Positions 17,935-26,635 of a stretch of 64,000 bases of DNA are shown here, one piece after another. This stretch comes from an uncultured Nitrospiraceae bacterium. GTDB lineage: Bacteria; Nitrospirota; Thermodesulfovibrionia; Thermodesulfovibrionales; SM23-35. The position numbers were made by a program, and so were the translations under genes. The number at the start of each line of letters is the position of its first letter. The first letter of the stretch is position 1. The notes under the pieces were generated by a model. It was given only the letters and a program-made list of their open reading frames with translations, searched no databases and had not been told where the DNA came from. The stretch is taken from contig CAVRZG010000008.1 in the NCBI GenBank assembly GCA_963725545.1, positions 59,392-123,391 of the forward strand, in the 5' to 3' direction.

Positions 17935-17971
17935 AATGTTAGGGTCCCAATAACTTTTGAGAGGTGCTTTA

Positions 17972-18430
17972 GTGAAGTGGAGTGCGACACTTGTTCTTAT
18001 TGCTGTTATCTTTTTCGCAGGGATTAACTTTTCCGTGGGAAGAACTTATGCAGGGGAACAGGCGCAGGCTAAAGAGCCTGTACCCGATGGAGCAAAGGAC
18101 TTGGAAGAGAAATGGGGCATAAAGATATTGAGTATCCGTCTGACGGCAGGGGGCTATATGCTGGATTTTCGTTACAGAGTTATCGATGCTGATAAAGCCG
18201 CGCCTCTTTTTGACGGGAAAATCAAGCCTTATCTCGTTGACCTGAAAAGCGGGGCGAAGTGCCAGGTCCCCGAATCCTCGAAAATCGGGGCCTTGCGTCA
18301 GACCAGAAAACCCTTTGCTAACCACAACTATTTCATCATGTTTGCAAACCCCGGCAAACTTATCAAAAAGGGGAATGCAGTTACTATTGTTGTCGGCGAT
18401 TTCAGGGCTGAAAATCTGACGGTACAGTGA
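17972..18430 (+). CDS. Small secreted hypothetical protein (last gene of the secreted cluster)
   Basis: GTG at 17972 after GAGAGG. The hydrophobic N-terminus VKWSATLVLIAVIFFAGINFSVGRTYA resembles a signal peptide. I recognise no family. The antisense ORF 17969-18460 is less plausible. Confidence 0.55.
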   Translation: MKWSATLVLIAVIFFAGINFSVGRTYAGEQAQAKEPVPDGAKDLEEKWGIKILSIRLTAGGYMLDFRYRVIDADKAAPLFDGKIKPYLVDLKSGAKCQVPESSKIGALRQTRKPFANHNYFIMFANPGKLIKKGNAVTIVVGDFRAENLTVQ

Positions 18431-18505
18431 GATCGCGGGCGCCCTATTGCCAAAAGGCACTTAAATCTACTATTATTAATATACTCTATTTTCAGGAGGT
18501 CAAAG

Positions 18506-18739
18506 TTGAAAGAAGGAATTCATCCACAGTATAAGGAAACCACGGTGCAGTGCGCCTGCGGTGAGACCTTTACGACAAAATCAACAAGTCAAAAAATACA
18601 GGTCGACATCTGTTCAAAATGCCATCCCTTTTATACCGGCAAGCAGAAGATTCTGGATGCCGAAGGAAGGGTTGAGAAATTCAAGAAGAAATACGCGAAG
18701 GCTGCAGCGGCAGCAGCAGCGGCACAGACCAAGAAGTAG
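18506..18739 (+). CDS. rpmE: 50S ribosomal protein L31
   Basis: TTG start after [33 protein letters not shown]......[16 protein letters not shown] matches the L31 signature. Confidence 0.95.
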   Translation: MKEGIHPQYKETTVQCACGETFTTKSTSQKIQVDICSKCHPFYTGKQKILDAEGRVEKFKKKYAKAAAAAAAAQTKK

Positions 18740-18761
18740 ATACGCATAATCGATATAGAGT

Positions 18762-18794
18762 CGTTAGTCCTTTGTTGGCTAACGGCTTTTTTTT
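18762..18794 (+). terminator. Rho-independent terminator of rpmE
   Basis: Stem CGTTAG (18762-18767) pairs with CTAACG (18779-18784), followed by a run of 8 T (18787-18794). Confidence 0.6.
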
Positions 18795-19029
18795 GACTGT
18801 TGCAACGGCAAAAAATCTCCCCTGCCCCTCTTTACCGGATCCCGTGACTTTCGGGACATTTGGTAAAGGTCTTCGACTCGTCACTACCCGCAGGCAGAGG
18901 AGGTCAGGAGGAATTTTGAAATTCAAGGCGGTATTATTATGAGACAATTACTAAAACACATCGTCTCTTTATTCGTTATGCGCCCTTAAGAATATAAAAA
19001 ATGTCGGCGGACAGGCTGTTATAGAAGGC

Positions 19030-19872
19030 GTGATGATGAAGGGCAGAAGGGGCTGGACAGTCGCTGTCAGAGGTCCGAATGGAGAAATCCATCTCAAGAA
19101 AGAGCCTCTGTCGGAGCTGCCGTGGATTTTCAGGCTGCCCATCGTAAGAGGCTTCATCGCATTGTTTCATGCCATGTTCATCGGCATCAAGGCGATAGAA
19201 TTTTCTGCCGACAAGGCATACGACGAAGAAGACGGCGATCAGTTAAGCCCCGTGTCTATCGGACTGACAATCGCTCTTTCGATTTTGCTCGGCATAGGGC
19301 TTTTTGTCCTTCTGCCGCTATATGCCACAAAATTGCTCGGAAATTTCTTCCCTCTTGTCTCCAATAGTTCTCTGATGTTCAATTTTGTCGACGGTGTTAT
19401 CAGGGTCTTCCTGTTCATCCTCTATATTGTCGGAATAGGCATGTGGAAAGAAATGAGGAGGATATTCGAATACCACGGAGCAGAGCACAAGGTAATCCAT
19501 GCTTACGAGAACGGCAATGAGCTTCTGTTCCGGAATATCAAGAAGTACAGTCCGCTGCATCCCCGCTGCGGCACAAGCTTTCTCCTCATCGTCATGATCA
19601 TAAGCATATTCACGTTTTCGTTTATCCCCCAGGCCTGGCCGTTCCTTTACAAATTCTTTTCAAGACTCGTCCTTATTCCCTTGATAGCCGGAATCTCTTA
19701 TGAACTCCTGAAGCTCTCCGCAAAGATGGAACACAATTTCATCATGCATCTCCTGATACAACCCGGATTGTTCCTGCAGAGGCTCACAACAAGAGAGCCC
19801 GACGAGTCACAGATAGAGGTGGCGGTTGAAGCTCTCCAGGAAGTCCTTAAACTTGAGGACGCCAATGCTTGA
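19030..19872 (+). CDS. DUF1385 (YqhQ-like) membrane protein; true start probably upstream of 19030
   Basis: The conserved family N-terminus GGQAVIEGVMM is encoded in frame at 19006-19038, upstream of the first canonical start (GTG at 19030). The gene order rpmE-DUF1385-prfA is common. Confidence 0.8.
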   Translation: MMMKGRRGWTVAVRGPNGEIHLKKEPLSELPWIFRLPIVRGFIALFHAMFIGIKAIEFSADKAYDEEDGDQLSPVSIGLTIALSILLGIGLFVLLPLYATKLLGNFFPLVSNSSLMFNFVDGVIRVFLFILYIVGIGMWKEMRRIFEYHGAEHKVIHAYENGNELLFRNIKKYSPLHPRCGTSFLLIVMIISIFTFSFIPQAWPFLYKFFSRLVLIPLIAGISYELLKLSAKMEHNFIMHLLIQPGLFLQRLTTREPDESQIEVAVEALQEVLKLEDANA

Positions 19873-20927
19873 AAAGCTTAGAACCATAGAAGAAAAATAC
19901 GAGCAGCTGACACAGCTTCTGATGGACCCGGCAGTCCTGTCAAAACATACCGAACTCCAAAAATACTCTAAAGAACAGTCTGATCTTCAGCCGCTGGTTG
20001 CAAAGATCAGAGAGTACAGCAAGCTTCTTTGCGACATTGAGGGGGCCGAAGAACTCTTGAAAAGGCGGCGATGAAGAGATGCACGAACTGGCCCAGGCTG
20101 AACTCAATGAGCTGAGGGAGAAGAAACCGGTCATCGAGGAGGAACTGAAGGTTATGCTCCTGCCGAAGGACCCTCGCGATGAAAAGAACGTCATCCTTGA
20201 GATAAGGGCCGGCACAGGGGGCGAGGAGGCTGCCCTCTTTGCATCGAACCTTTTAAGGATGTATATGAAATACGCTGAACTGAAGAAATGGAAGGTTGAG
20301 ACGATCGACCTTAATGCAACCGGTCTCGGCGGGATCAAGGAAGTGATCATATCCATACTCGGGAAAAACGCTTACAGCAGGCTCAAGTATGAAAGCGGAG
20401 TGCATAGAGTTCAGAGGGTTCCTGTGACTGAAGCGTCCGGAAGAATTCATACATCGGCTGCAACAGTAGCAGTGCTCCCGGAGGCGGAGGATGTCGACAT
20501 CAAGGTCGAAGAAAAAGACCTCAGGATAGACACATTTTGTTCTTCAGGTCCCGGAGGACAGAGTGTCAACACAACGTATTCCGCGGTCAGAATTGTGCAC
20601 ATACCGACAGGTCTTGTTGTCCAGTGCCAGGACGAGCGGTCGCAGACTAAGAACAAAGACAAGGCTATGAAGGTCCTCCGTTCGCGCCTGTATGAGATGG
20701 AGATGGAAAGACAGGAGAGAGAACGGGCATCCGATAGAAAATCCCAGGTAGGGACCGGCGACAGGAGTGAGAAGATACGTACCTACAATTTTCCACAGAA
20801 CCGCGTATCGGACCACAGAATAGGTCTCACTCTTCATAAACTCGACCGGGTGCTTGAGGGCGAGATCGATGAAATCATAGAAGGACTTATTTCCCATTAT
20901 CAGGCGGAGAGACTTAAGGAGCTCTAA
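19865..20927 (+). CDS. prfA: Peptide chain release factor 1, interrupted by a +1 frameshift at the A run 20060-20063
   Basis: [15 protein letters not shown].. lies in frame 2 up to the TGA at 20072. [37 protein letters not shown] lies in frame 0 from 20061. The PVT and GGQ motifs identify RF1. Confidence 0.9.
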
Positions 20928-21007
20928 GCAACATTTCTGCGCGCAATTGCCGCATATTCTCCTTGTCAGAGGTCCTTTTTTGTATTAATATATATTGAAA
21001 AGCACAG

Positions 21008-21032
21008 GGCCAATCTGAATTGGCCTATTTTT
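21008..21032 (+). terminator. Rho-independent terminator after prfA
   Basis: GGCCAAT (21008-21014), loop CTGA, ATTGGCC (21019-21025), then TATTTTT. Confidence 0.55.
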
Positions 21033-21056
21033 CTGTTGCAAGAAAGGAAGAAGAAA

Positions 21057-21827
21057 ATGATTGCCAGCCGTAAAACTTTTTTTGCTTTAATCTTGTTTGT
21101 GTGCATCCTGTCAGTTGCAGGATATTGCTTTGCGGATGAAAAAGCCGGGGAAGCAACTCCGGGCAAAGAGGAAGTAGCTGCTTTGTTGAAAGATCTGGCG
21201 CCTGATCTCAAGGTGCTGGAAATAAAAGAGAGCCCTGTCAAAGGGCTGTGGGAAGTCTCGATTCAGTCGGGTGAGAGAAAAGGGTTGCTGTATCTTGACT
21301 CTTCAAAGAAGTATATCATTCAGGGCGCAATTTTTGACCTTAGCACAAAGACGAACCTGACCCAGGAAAAGCTGAACGAACTCAACAAGGTCGACGTAGC
21401 TACGATACCTCTCGAAGACGCGCTTTTGCTCGGTCTTAAAGACGCCAAATACAAAGTTATCATCTTTACTGACCCCGACTGCCCATACTGCCAAAAGCTC
21501 CATGTGGAATTGCACAAAATCGTTGAAAAGAGACCGGACATCGCTTTTTACATCAAGATGTACCCATTGCCGTTCCATAAGGGGGCAGATGAGAAGGCCA
21601 AAGCCATAGTCTGCGAAAAATCCATGGCGCTGCTTGAAGACGCTTTTGCAAAGAAGCCTTTGCCGGCGGCAAAATGCGATACAACTGCGATTGCCGACAA
21701 TATCAAACTCGCAGAAAAACTCGGCATTCGTGGAACGCCTGCGATCATACTGCCCAACGGCATAGTGGTCCCGGGATCCAAAGATGCTAATTCCCTGATA
21801 GACATGATCGACAAATCAGGGAAATAA
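21057..21827 (+). CDS. Periplasmic thiol:disulfide interchange protein, DsbC/DsbG-like
   Basis: Signal MIASRKTFFALILFVCILSVAGYCFA. N-terminal dimerisation-type segment (VKGLWEV..YLDSSKKYIIQG). Thioredoxin-fold CPYC motif (FTDPDCPYCQKLH). Confidence 0.8.
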   Translation: MIASRKTFFALILFVCILSVAGYCFADEKAGEATPGKEEVAALLKDLAPDLKVLEIKESPVKGLWEVSIQSGERKGLLYLDSSKKYIIQGAIFDLSTKTNLTQEKLNELNKVDVATIPLEDALLLGLKDAKYKVIIFTDPDCPYCQKLHVELHKIVEKRPDIAFYIKMYPLPFHKGADEKAKAIVCEKSMALLEDAFAKKPLPAAKCDTTAIADNIKLAEKLGIRGTPAIILPNGIVVPGSKDANSLIDMIDKSGK

Positions 21828-21850
21828 GGTATCTCATAACTGCAATTTAC

Positions 21851-21890
21851 AAAAGGGGCGGGGACCGGTTTACAATCCCTGCCCCTTTTT
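21851..21890. terminator. Bidirectional terminator hairpin between the convergent dsbC-like gene and pheS
   Basis: AAAAGGGGCGGGGA (21851-21864) pairs with TCCCTGCCCCTTTT (21876-21890), with one mismatch. The A and T tracts flank it on either strand. Confidence 0.6.
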
Positions 21891-21988
21891 CCATTTACCT
21901 CAATGAATTGAACTCATCGGATGGGAATTCGTTTGATGGGACGTAGTCTTTATCTGCGTGGGCACAAACAAGAACACAGCGAGGCCAC

Positions 21989-23002
21989 TTAAAACTGCCG
22001 CAAAAACCTAAGGTCGTTTTCGTAGAAGAGGCGTATATCGTCTATGGAATACTTAAGCATGGTGATCCTCTCGACTCCCATGCCGAAGGCAAAGCCCGTA
22101 TAGACCTCGGGGTCGTAGCCGACGAATTCGAAGACCCTCGGGTTTATCATGCCTGCGCCCAGTATCTCAAGCCATCCGGTGTTCTTGCAAACCCTGCATC
22201 CCTTTCCTGCGCAGAAGATGCAGCCGATGTCGACTTCAGCGCTTGGCTCGGTAAACGGGAAGAAACTCGGCCTGAATCTCACAGGCGTGTCAGGGCCGAA
22301 AATGCTGTGGATGAACAGTTGAAGCACTCCTTTAAGGTCCGTAAAGGCGATATCCGTGTCAACCATAAGCCCCTCCACCTGATGAAACATTGGGGTATGG
22401 GAGACATCCGCATCACACCGGTATACCTTGCCGGGAGCTATAATCCTCACGGGCGGCTTACGCTTTTCCATGACCCGTATCTGCACAGGTGAGGTGTGAG
22501 TTCTGATGACAACGTCTTCGGATATGTAGAAGGTATCCTGCATATCTCTTGCAGGATGGTTCTTGGGCATGTTTAAGGCCTCGAAATTGTAGTAGTCAAG
22601 TTCGACTTCAGGGCCCTCCTCAATCTCAAATCCCATAGAAACAAAGATGGAAGTTATCTCCGAGAGGACCCTGCTGATGGGATGTTCCCTGCCGAAGGGA
22701 ATGAATTTACCGGGAAGTGTTATATCAATGGCTTCGGAGAGGATACGTTTTTTGTGCTCTTCTTTCTTGAGGAGAGATTCACGCCTTGTTATCTCTTCTT
22801 CGACGAAACTCTTGACTTCATTGACCGCTTTTCCATAAGCCGGCTTCAGATCGGGAGAGATCGTTGAAAGGGTCTTGAGTTTTGACGTAACAAGACCCTT
22901 TTTCCCGAGATATTTTACTCTGAGCTGCTGTAGTTCGGACAATGAAGCAACAGTGTCCGCCTCCGCAAGAAAAGTATTTTTGAGAGAAAGGAGCTCCTCC
23001 AC
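21989..23002 (-). CDS. pheS: Phenylalanine--tRNA ligase alpha subunit
   Basis: Class II motifs: ..[11 protein letters not shown].., ..[16 protein letters not shown].., ..[11 protein letters not shown].. Confidence 0.95.
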   Translation of the reverse strand: MEELLSLKNTFLAEADTVASLSELQQLRVKYLGKKGLVTSKLKTLSTISPDLKPAYGKAVNEVKSFVEEEITRRESLLKKEEHKKRILSEAIDITLPGKFIPFGREHPISRVLSEITSIFVSMGFEIEEGPEVELDYYNFEALNMPKNHPARDMQDTFYISEDVVIRTHTSPVQIRVMEKRKPPVRIIAPGKVYRCDADVSHTPMFHQVEGLMVDTDIAFTDLKGVLQLFIHSIFGPDTPVRFRPSFFPFTEPSAEVDIGCIFCAGKGCRVCKNTGWLEILGAGMINPRVFEFVGYDPEVYTGFAFGMGVERITMLKYSIDDIRLFYENDLRFLRQF

Positions 23003-23009
23003 GTGTTGC

Positions 23010-23357
23010 TTAGCTTTTTACTTTTTCCACAAGCTGACTAAAAGCTGCCGGATCATTGTAAGCCATATCAGCAAGTGTTTTCCTGTTCAATGCGATATCA
23101 GCTTTCTTCAGTTTCGCCATGAACTGGCTGTAAGTAATTCCCAGTGCGCGCAGCGCCGCATTCATCCTGACAATCCAGAGCGACCTGAATTCGCGTTTCT
23201 TTACCTTGCGGTCCCTGTATGCATATTGCATTGCCTTGTCAACTGCTTCTGTAGCAATGCGGAAAAGGCGGCTCTTAGCGCCGTAATAACCCTTTGCCTT
23301 CTCCAGGACCTTTTTTCTTCTCTTCCTTGTTTTGAAACCACCTTTTGCCCTTGGCAT
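23010..23357 (-). CDS. rplT: 50S ribosomal protein L20
   Basis: [33 protein letters not shown].. is a canonical L20 N-terminus. Confidence 0.95.
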   Translation of the reverse strand: MPRAKGGFKTRKRRKKVLEKAKGYYGAKSRLFRIATEAVDKAMQYAYRDRKVKKREFRSLWIVRMNAALRALGITYSQFMAKLKKADIALNRKTLADMAYNDPAAFSQLVEKVKS

Positions 23358-23446
23358 CTGTTCCTCCTCTTGATCAAGCTCTAAGCATCGAACGGCTGTC
23401 TGTTTCTCTCAGCCGGTTCTCTGCCGATCTGTCTGCTTAGTGAATA

Positions 23447-23644
23447 TTATGAATACGGCAGCAGTTTTTTCATTCTGTCGTGTTCACAGCTGGAAACTAA
23501 AGAAGCGGTTCTAAGTCTCCTCGTCCTCTTGGCTGATTTGCCGGTGAGGAGATGGCTCTTGTTGCCGCTGTGTTTCATTATCTTCCCTGTCCCTGTGACT
23601 TTCAGTCTTTTTGCGGCCCCTCTATGTGTTTTCAGCTTGGGCAT
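23447..23644 (-). CDS. rpmI: 50S ribosomal protein L35
   Basis: MPKLKTHRGAAKRLKVTGTGKIMKHSGNKSHLLTGKS.KR.R.LR matches L35. Confidence 0.95.
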   Translation of the reverse strand: MPKLKTHRGAAKRLKVTGTGKIMKHSGNKSHLLTGKSAKRTRRLRTASLVSSCEHDRMKKLLPYS

Positions 23645-23736
23645 TTGAACCTCCTGTGAAATAAAGATTATTCGTTATCGGCAATACTGTATTGTCGAAA
23701 AATCAGAAATGATATTATAACAAATTTATAAAAAAG

Positions 23737-23883
23737 AATGTTGACAACATCGCAAAAAGTCCTTTTCATGGCTGTCATTCCCGAAGTCCTTAATCGGGAA
23801 TCCATTCTTTTCAAGAAGTTGCGCGCACATGGATTCCCGCCTTCGCGGGAATGACGACTTTTTATGAATTCATCAATGTTGAC
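23737..23883 (-). repeat. MITE-like ~145-bp element, family 1 (core GTCATTCCCGCGAAGGCGGGAAT ... ATTCCCGA..GGACTTCGGGAATGAC); inverted copy of 37605-37750
   Basis: By manual alignment the reverse complement matches 37605-37750 over its whole length with only scattered mismatches. The ends are imperfect inverted repeats (GTCAACA..AAAAAGTC / GACTTTTT..TGTTGTCAAC). Confidence 0.8.
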
Positions 23884-24020
23884 ACCTTCGTAAAAAGTCC
23901 GGAAAACCGTCATTGCGAGGAATGGAGTGACGAAGCAATCTTTTGTTTTCAGTGGGTTGCAACAACAAGATTGCCACGCTTCGCTCGCAATGACACTTTT
24001 TACGAGTTTGTCAATGTTAA
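23876..24020. repeat. Second MITE-like element with related ends but a different palindromic core (CGTCATTGCGAGG..GACGAAGCAATC / GATTGCCACGCTTCGCTCGCAATGAC)
   Basis: Ends GTTGACACCTTCGTAAAAAGT and ACTTTTTACGAGTTTGTCAAT mirror the family-1 ends. The internal inverted repeat is visible directly. It lies in the infC-rpmI spacer. Confidence 0.7.
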
Positions 24021-24119
24021 ATCCTATTTCCGGCGGAAATTAACTGAAGACCTCGATACTCGTGGTATTGGACAATTTACGACATGCAGCAAAAAAGGAT
24101 CAAAGGCTACAGTATAAGA

Positions 24120-24647
24120 CTAACTCTTCGGCGCCACGACCATGGTTATGCGATTGCCTTCAAGCTTCGGAGCATGCTCGATATTAAATTTTCCGGTGAG
24201 CAATTGGGTCATGCGTTCAAAAACCTTCATACCAAGTTCAGGCCGGATTATTTCACGTCCTTTAAAGAACATCGTGATCTTGGCCTTGTTGCCCTCATCA
24301 AGAAATCGCCTGATATTTCTTACCTTTAGCCCCAGGTCGTAATCGGTTATCTGGGGACGTATCTTCACCTCTTTGACATCCATGGACTTCTTCTGAGTCT
24401 GTTTCTTGCTCAACTGGTACCTGTATTTCCCGAAATCAAGTATCTTACAGACCGGCGGAGAGACATCCGGCGCCACTTCAACAAGATCGAGTTCCCGGTC
24501 GTCGGCAACTTTCAAGGCCTCCCCGATTGTCACAATACCAAGTTGACCTCCGTCGACATCAATAAGCCTGACTTCCCTTGATCTGATCTGTTCATTGACT
24601 CTTATGTCTTTTGTTAAGCTGTCACCTCCCGGCCTGCGTAAACTCAT
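24120..24647 (-). CDS. infC: Translation initiation factor IF-3
   Basis: ..INEQIRSREVRLIDVDGGQLGIVTIGEALKVADDRELDLVEVAPDVSPPVCKILDFGKYRY.. matches IF-3. The start is taken as the ATG at 24647; an internal non-canonical start cannot be excluded. Confidence 0.9.
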   Translation of the reverse strand: MSLRRPGGDSLTKDIRVNEQIRSREVRLIDVDGGQLGIVTIGEALKVADDRELDLVEVAPDVSPPVCKILDFGKYRYQLSKKQTQKKSMDVKEVKIRPQITDYDLGLKVRNIRRFLDEGNKAKITMFFKGREIIRPELGMKVFERMTQLLTGKFNIEHAPKLEGNRITMVVAPKS

Positions 24648-24651
24648 AATC

Positions 24652-26404
24652 CTATAACTCCCTGGTCTTGCTGTTGATTTTTTCCTTTAGCATCCCGATC
24701 AATTCAGCCACTGTAAACGGGCCTATATTCTCGCCCGTACGCTTCCTCACCGTCACCTTCTGATCAGACACTTCGTTGTCACCTATTATAACCAGATAAG
24801 GAATCTTCATAATAGTGGCATTCCTGATTTTATAGCCGATCTTTTCATTTTCGAGGTCCATTTCGGTACGGATGCCTTCGTTTCTCAGTCTTGCAAAGAG
24901 TTCCTTTGCATAATCTGCGTGTCTTTCTGCAATTGTAAGTATCTTTACCTGAACAGGCGTAAGCCATAACGGAAATGCGCCTGCATAATGTTCTATCAGC
25001 ACCCCGAAAAATCTCTCCAGTGATCCCATCAGCGCGCGATGGATCATTATAGGCCTGTGCTCCTTACCGTCACTGCCCCTGTATGTAATATCAAACCGCT
25101 CGGGGTTATTGAAATCAACCTGGATAGTGCTGCACTGCCACGATCTGTTCAGGGAATCCTTGACTTTTATGTCTATCTTGGGGCCATAAAAAACACCTTC
25201 GCCGGGATCAATCTCAAAGGCAAGCTTCTTGACCTCAAGCGCCCTTTTAAGGGCGTTCGTAGCCCTCTCCCAGTTCTCAAGTGCCCCGACATACTTCTCA
25301 GGTCTTGTCGACAGGTAAACATCGTACTCGGCAAATCCGAAGGTCTTCAGAACAAAAAGTGTAAAATCGAGCACATTCAGTATCTCGTCTTCTATCTGTT
25401 CTTCCCTGCAGAAGATATGTGCGTCGTCCTGGGTGAATCCCCGAACGCGCAGGAGACCGTGCAGGACGCCCGATCGTTCATAACGGTAAACCGTTCCTAA
25501 TTCCGCATATCTCAGAGGGAGGTCTTTGTAACTCCTCAGAGAGCTTCTGAATACATGGATATGGAAGGGACAGTTCATGGGCTTGATTTCATATTCAGTG
25601 CCTTCTATCTCCATCGGCGAATACATATTCTCCCGGTAGAAATCGAGGTGCCCGCTTATTTTCCATAGATTGAGTTTGGCAATATGAGGCGAGTAGAGCG
25701 TTTTATAGTCGGCCTTGTAATGTTCATTCAGCCAGAATTCCTCTATCGTCCTCCTTATCAGTGCCCCGTTCGGATGCCAGATGATAAGGCCCGCGCCGAT
25801 ATCATCACTCGTGCTGAAAAGGTCAAGGTCTTTACCCAGTTTCCTGTGGTCTCTTTTCTTGACCTCTTCGAGAAAATCGAGGTACTGTTTAAGGTCCTTC
25901 TTATCGGCAAAGGAAGTCCCGTAAATCCTCTGGAGCATCTTGTTCTTCTCATTGCCCCGCCAATATGCCCCTGCAATGCTCAGGAGTTTAAAAGCCTTTA
26001 TACCGCCGGTCGATTCAATGTGCGGCCCCCTGCAGAGATCAACAAAACCGCCCTCTTCATACAGTGAGACGTCATCATCCGCTATCCCCTCAAGGAGTTC
26101 GACTTTGTACACTTCGCCCAGATCACTGAACATCTCGAGGGCCTCTTTTCGCGGGACAACTTTCCGCACGAACAGGCACATTCTCTTTGATGATTTCGGA
26201 CATCTTTTTTTCGATTGCTGCAAGGTCATCAGGGGCAAAGGGTCTGCCGATGTCAAAATCGTAGTAGAACCCATCTTCTATTGCAGGACCAATGGCAAGT
26301 TTTGCTTCGGGAAAGAGCTGTTTTACGGCATGGGCCATGATGTGCGACGTGCTGTGCCTGTAAATATCGCGGGCATCTTTAGAATTGAAGTCTATCTTAC
26401 TAAT
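24652..26404 (-). CDS. thrS: Threonine--tRNA ligase lacking the N-terminal TGS domain; one +1 frameshift near 26180-26186; apparent ATT start
   Basis: The N2 editing-domain start [39 protein letters not shown].. is in one frame. [34 protein letters not shown].. and the class II core are in the next frame. SD AGGAGG (plus-strand 26412-26417) sits 7 nt before the ATT at 26404-26402. There is no in-frame ATG, GTG or TTG upstream of 26338. Confidence 0.9.
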
Positions 26405-26635
26405 CCAGAAACCTCCTGAATAAAATTCTGTGGACTATACCCATCCACGCAGGATAGTAAATATAATACACATTCTAATCTCATATTTCAAAACTTTTCT
26501 TGAAGCGGCCTTTCGGTGTCCTGCCGCTGTCTGTAATTCTGCGCTCTTGCAGACCGCTCACCTTAATGCGCACACGAAATCCGCCAAATTCTTTGCTGTT
26601 TACCCTCTATCCTTGAAATGTTTTATAATATTCTT

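Noticed and set aside
17969-18460. 163-aa minus-strand ORF almost exactly antisense to the 17972-18430 gene.
   Set aside because: The plus-strand product has a signal peptide, an SD-like GAGAGG and the same orientation as the cluster. The minus product has neither. This remains the least certain strand choice in the window.
18795-18960. Nested hairpins (CTTTACC..TCCCG-tgacttt-CGGGA..GGTAAAG) downstream of the rpmE terminator, as a possible small RNA.
   Set aside because: No match to any RNA family I can recall. It looks like another fragment of the GC-rich palindromic repeat class, and there is no evidence of independent transcription.
23668-24117. ORFs of 81-88 aa (23668-23913 minus, 23851-24117 plus, 24084-24329 plus) in the infC-rpmI spacer.
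   Set aside because: Their sequences are translations of the MITE cores (..SRHSREGGNP.., ..HCEEWSDEAI..). The same peptide appears wherever the repeat occurs, so they are not genes.
26418-26470. Hairpin GTGGA-TGGGTATAG-TCCAC just upstream of the thrS SD, as a possible tRNA-Thr anticodon-arm mimic (E. coli-type thrS operator).
   Set aside because: The loop does not have the U-NGU-A anticodon-loop geometry. That operator mechanism is known only in a narrow group of gammaproteobacteria, and there is no second domain.
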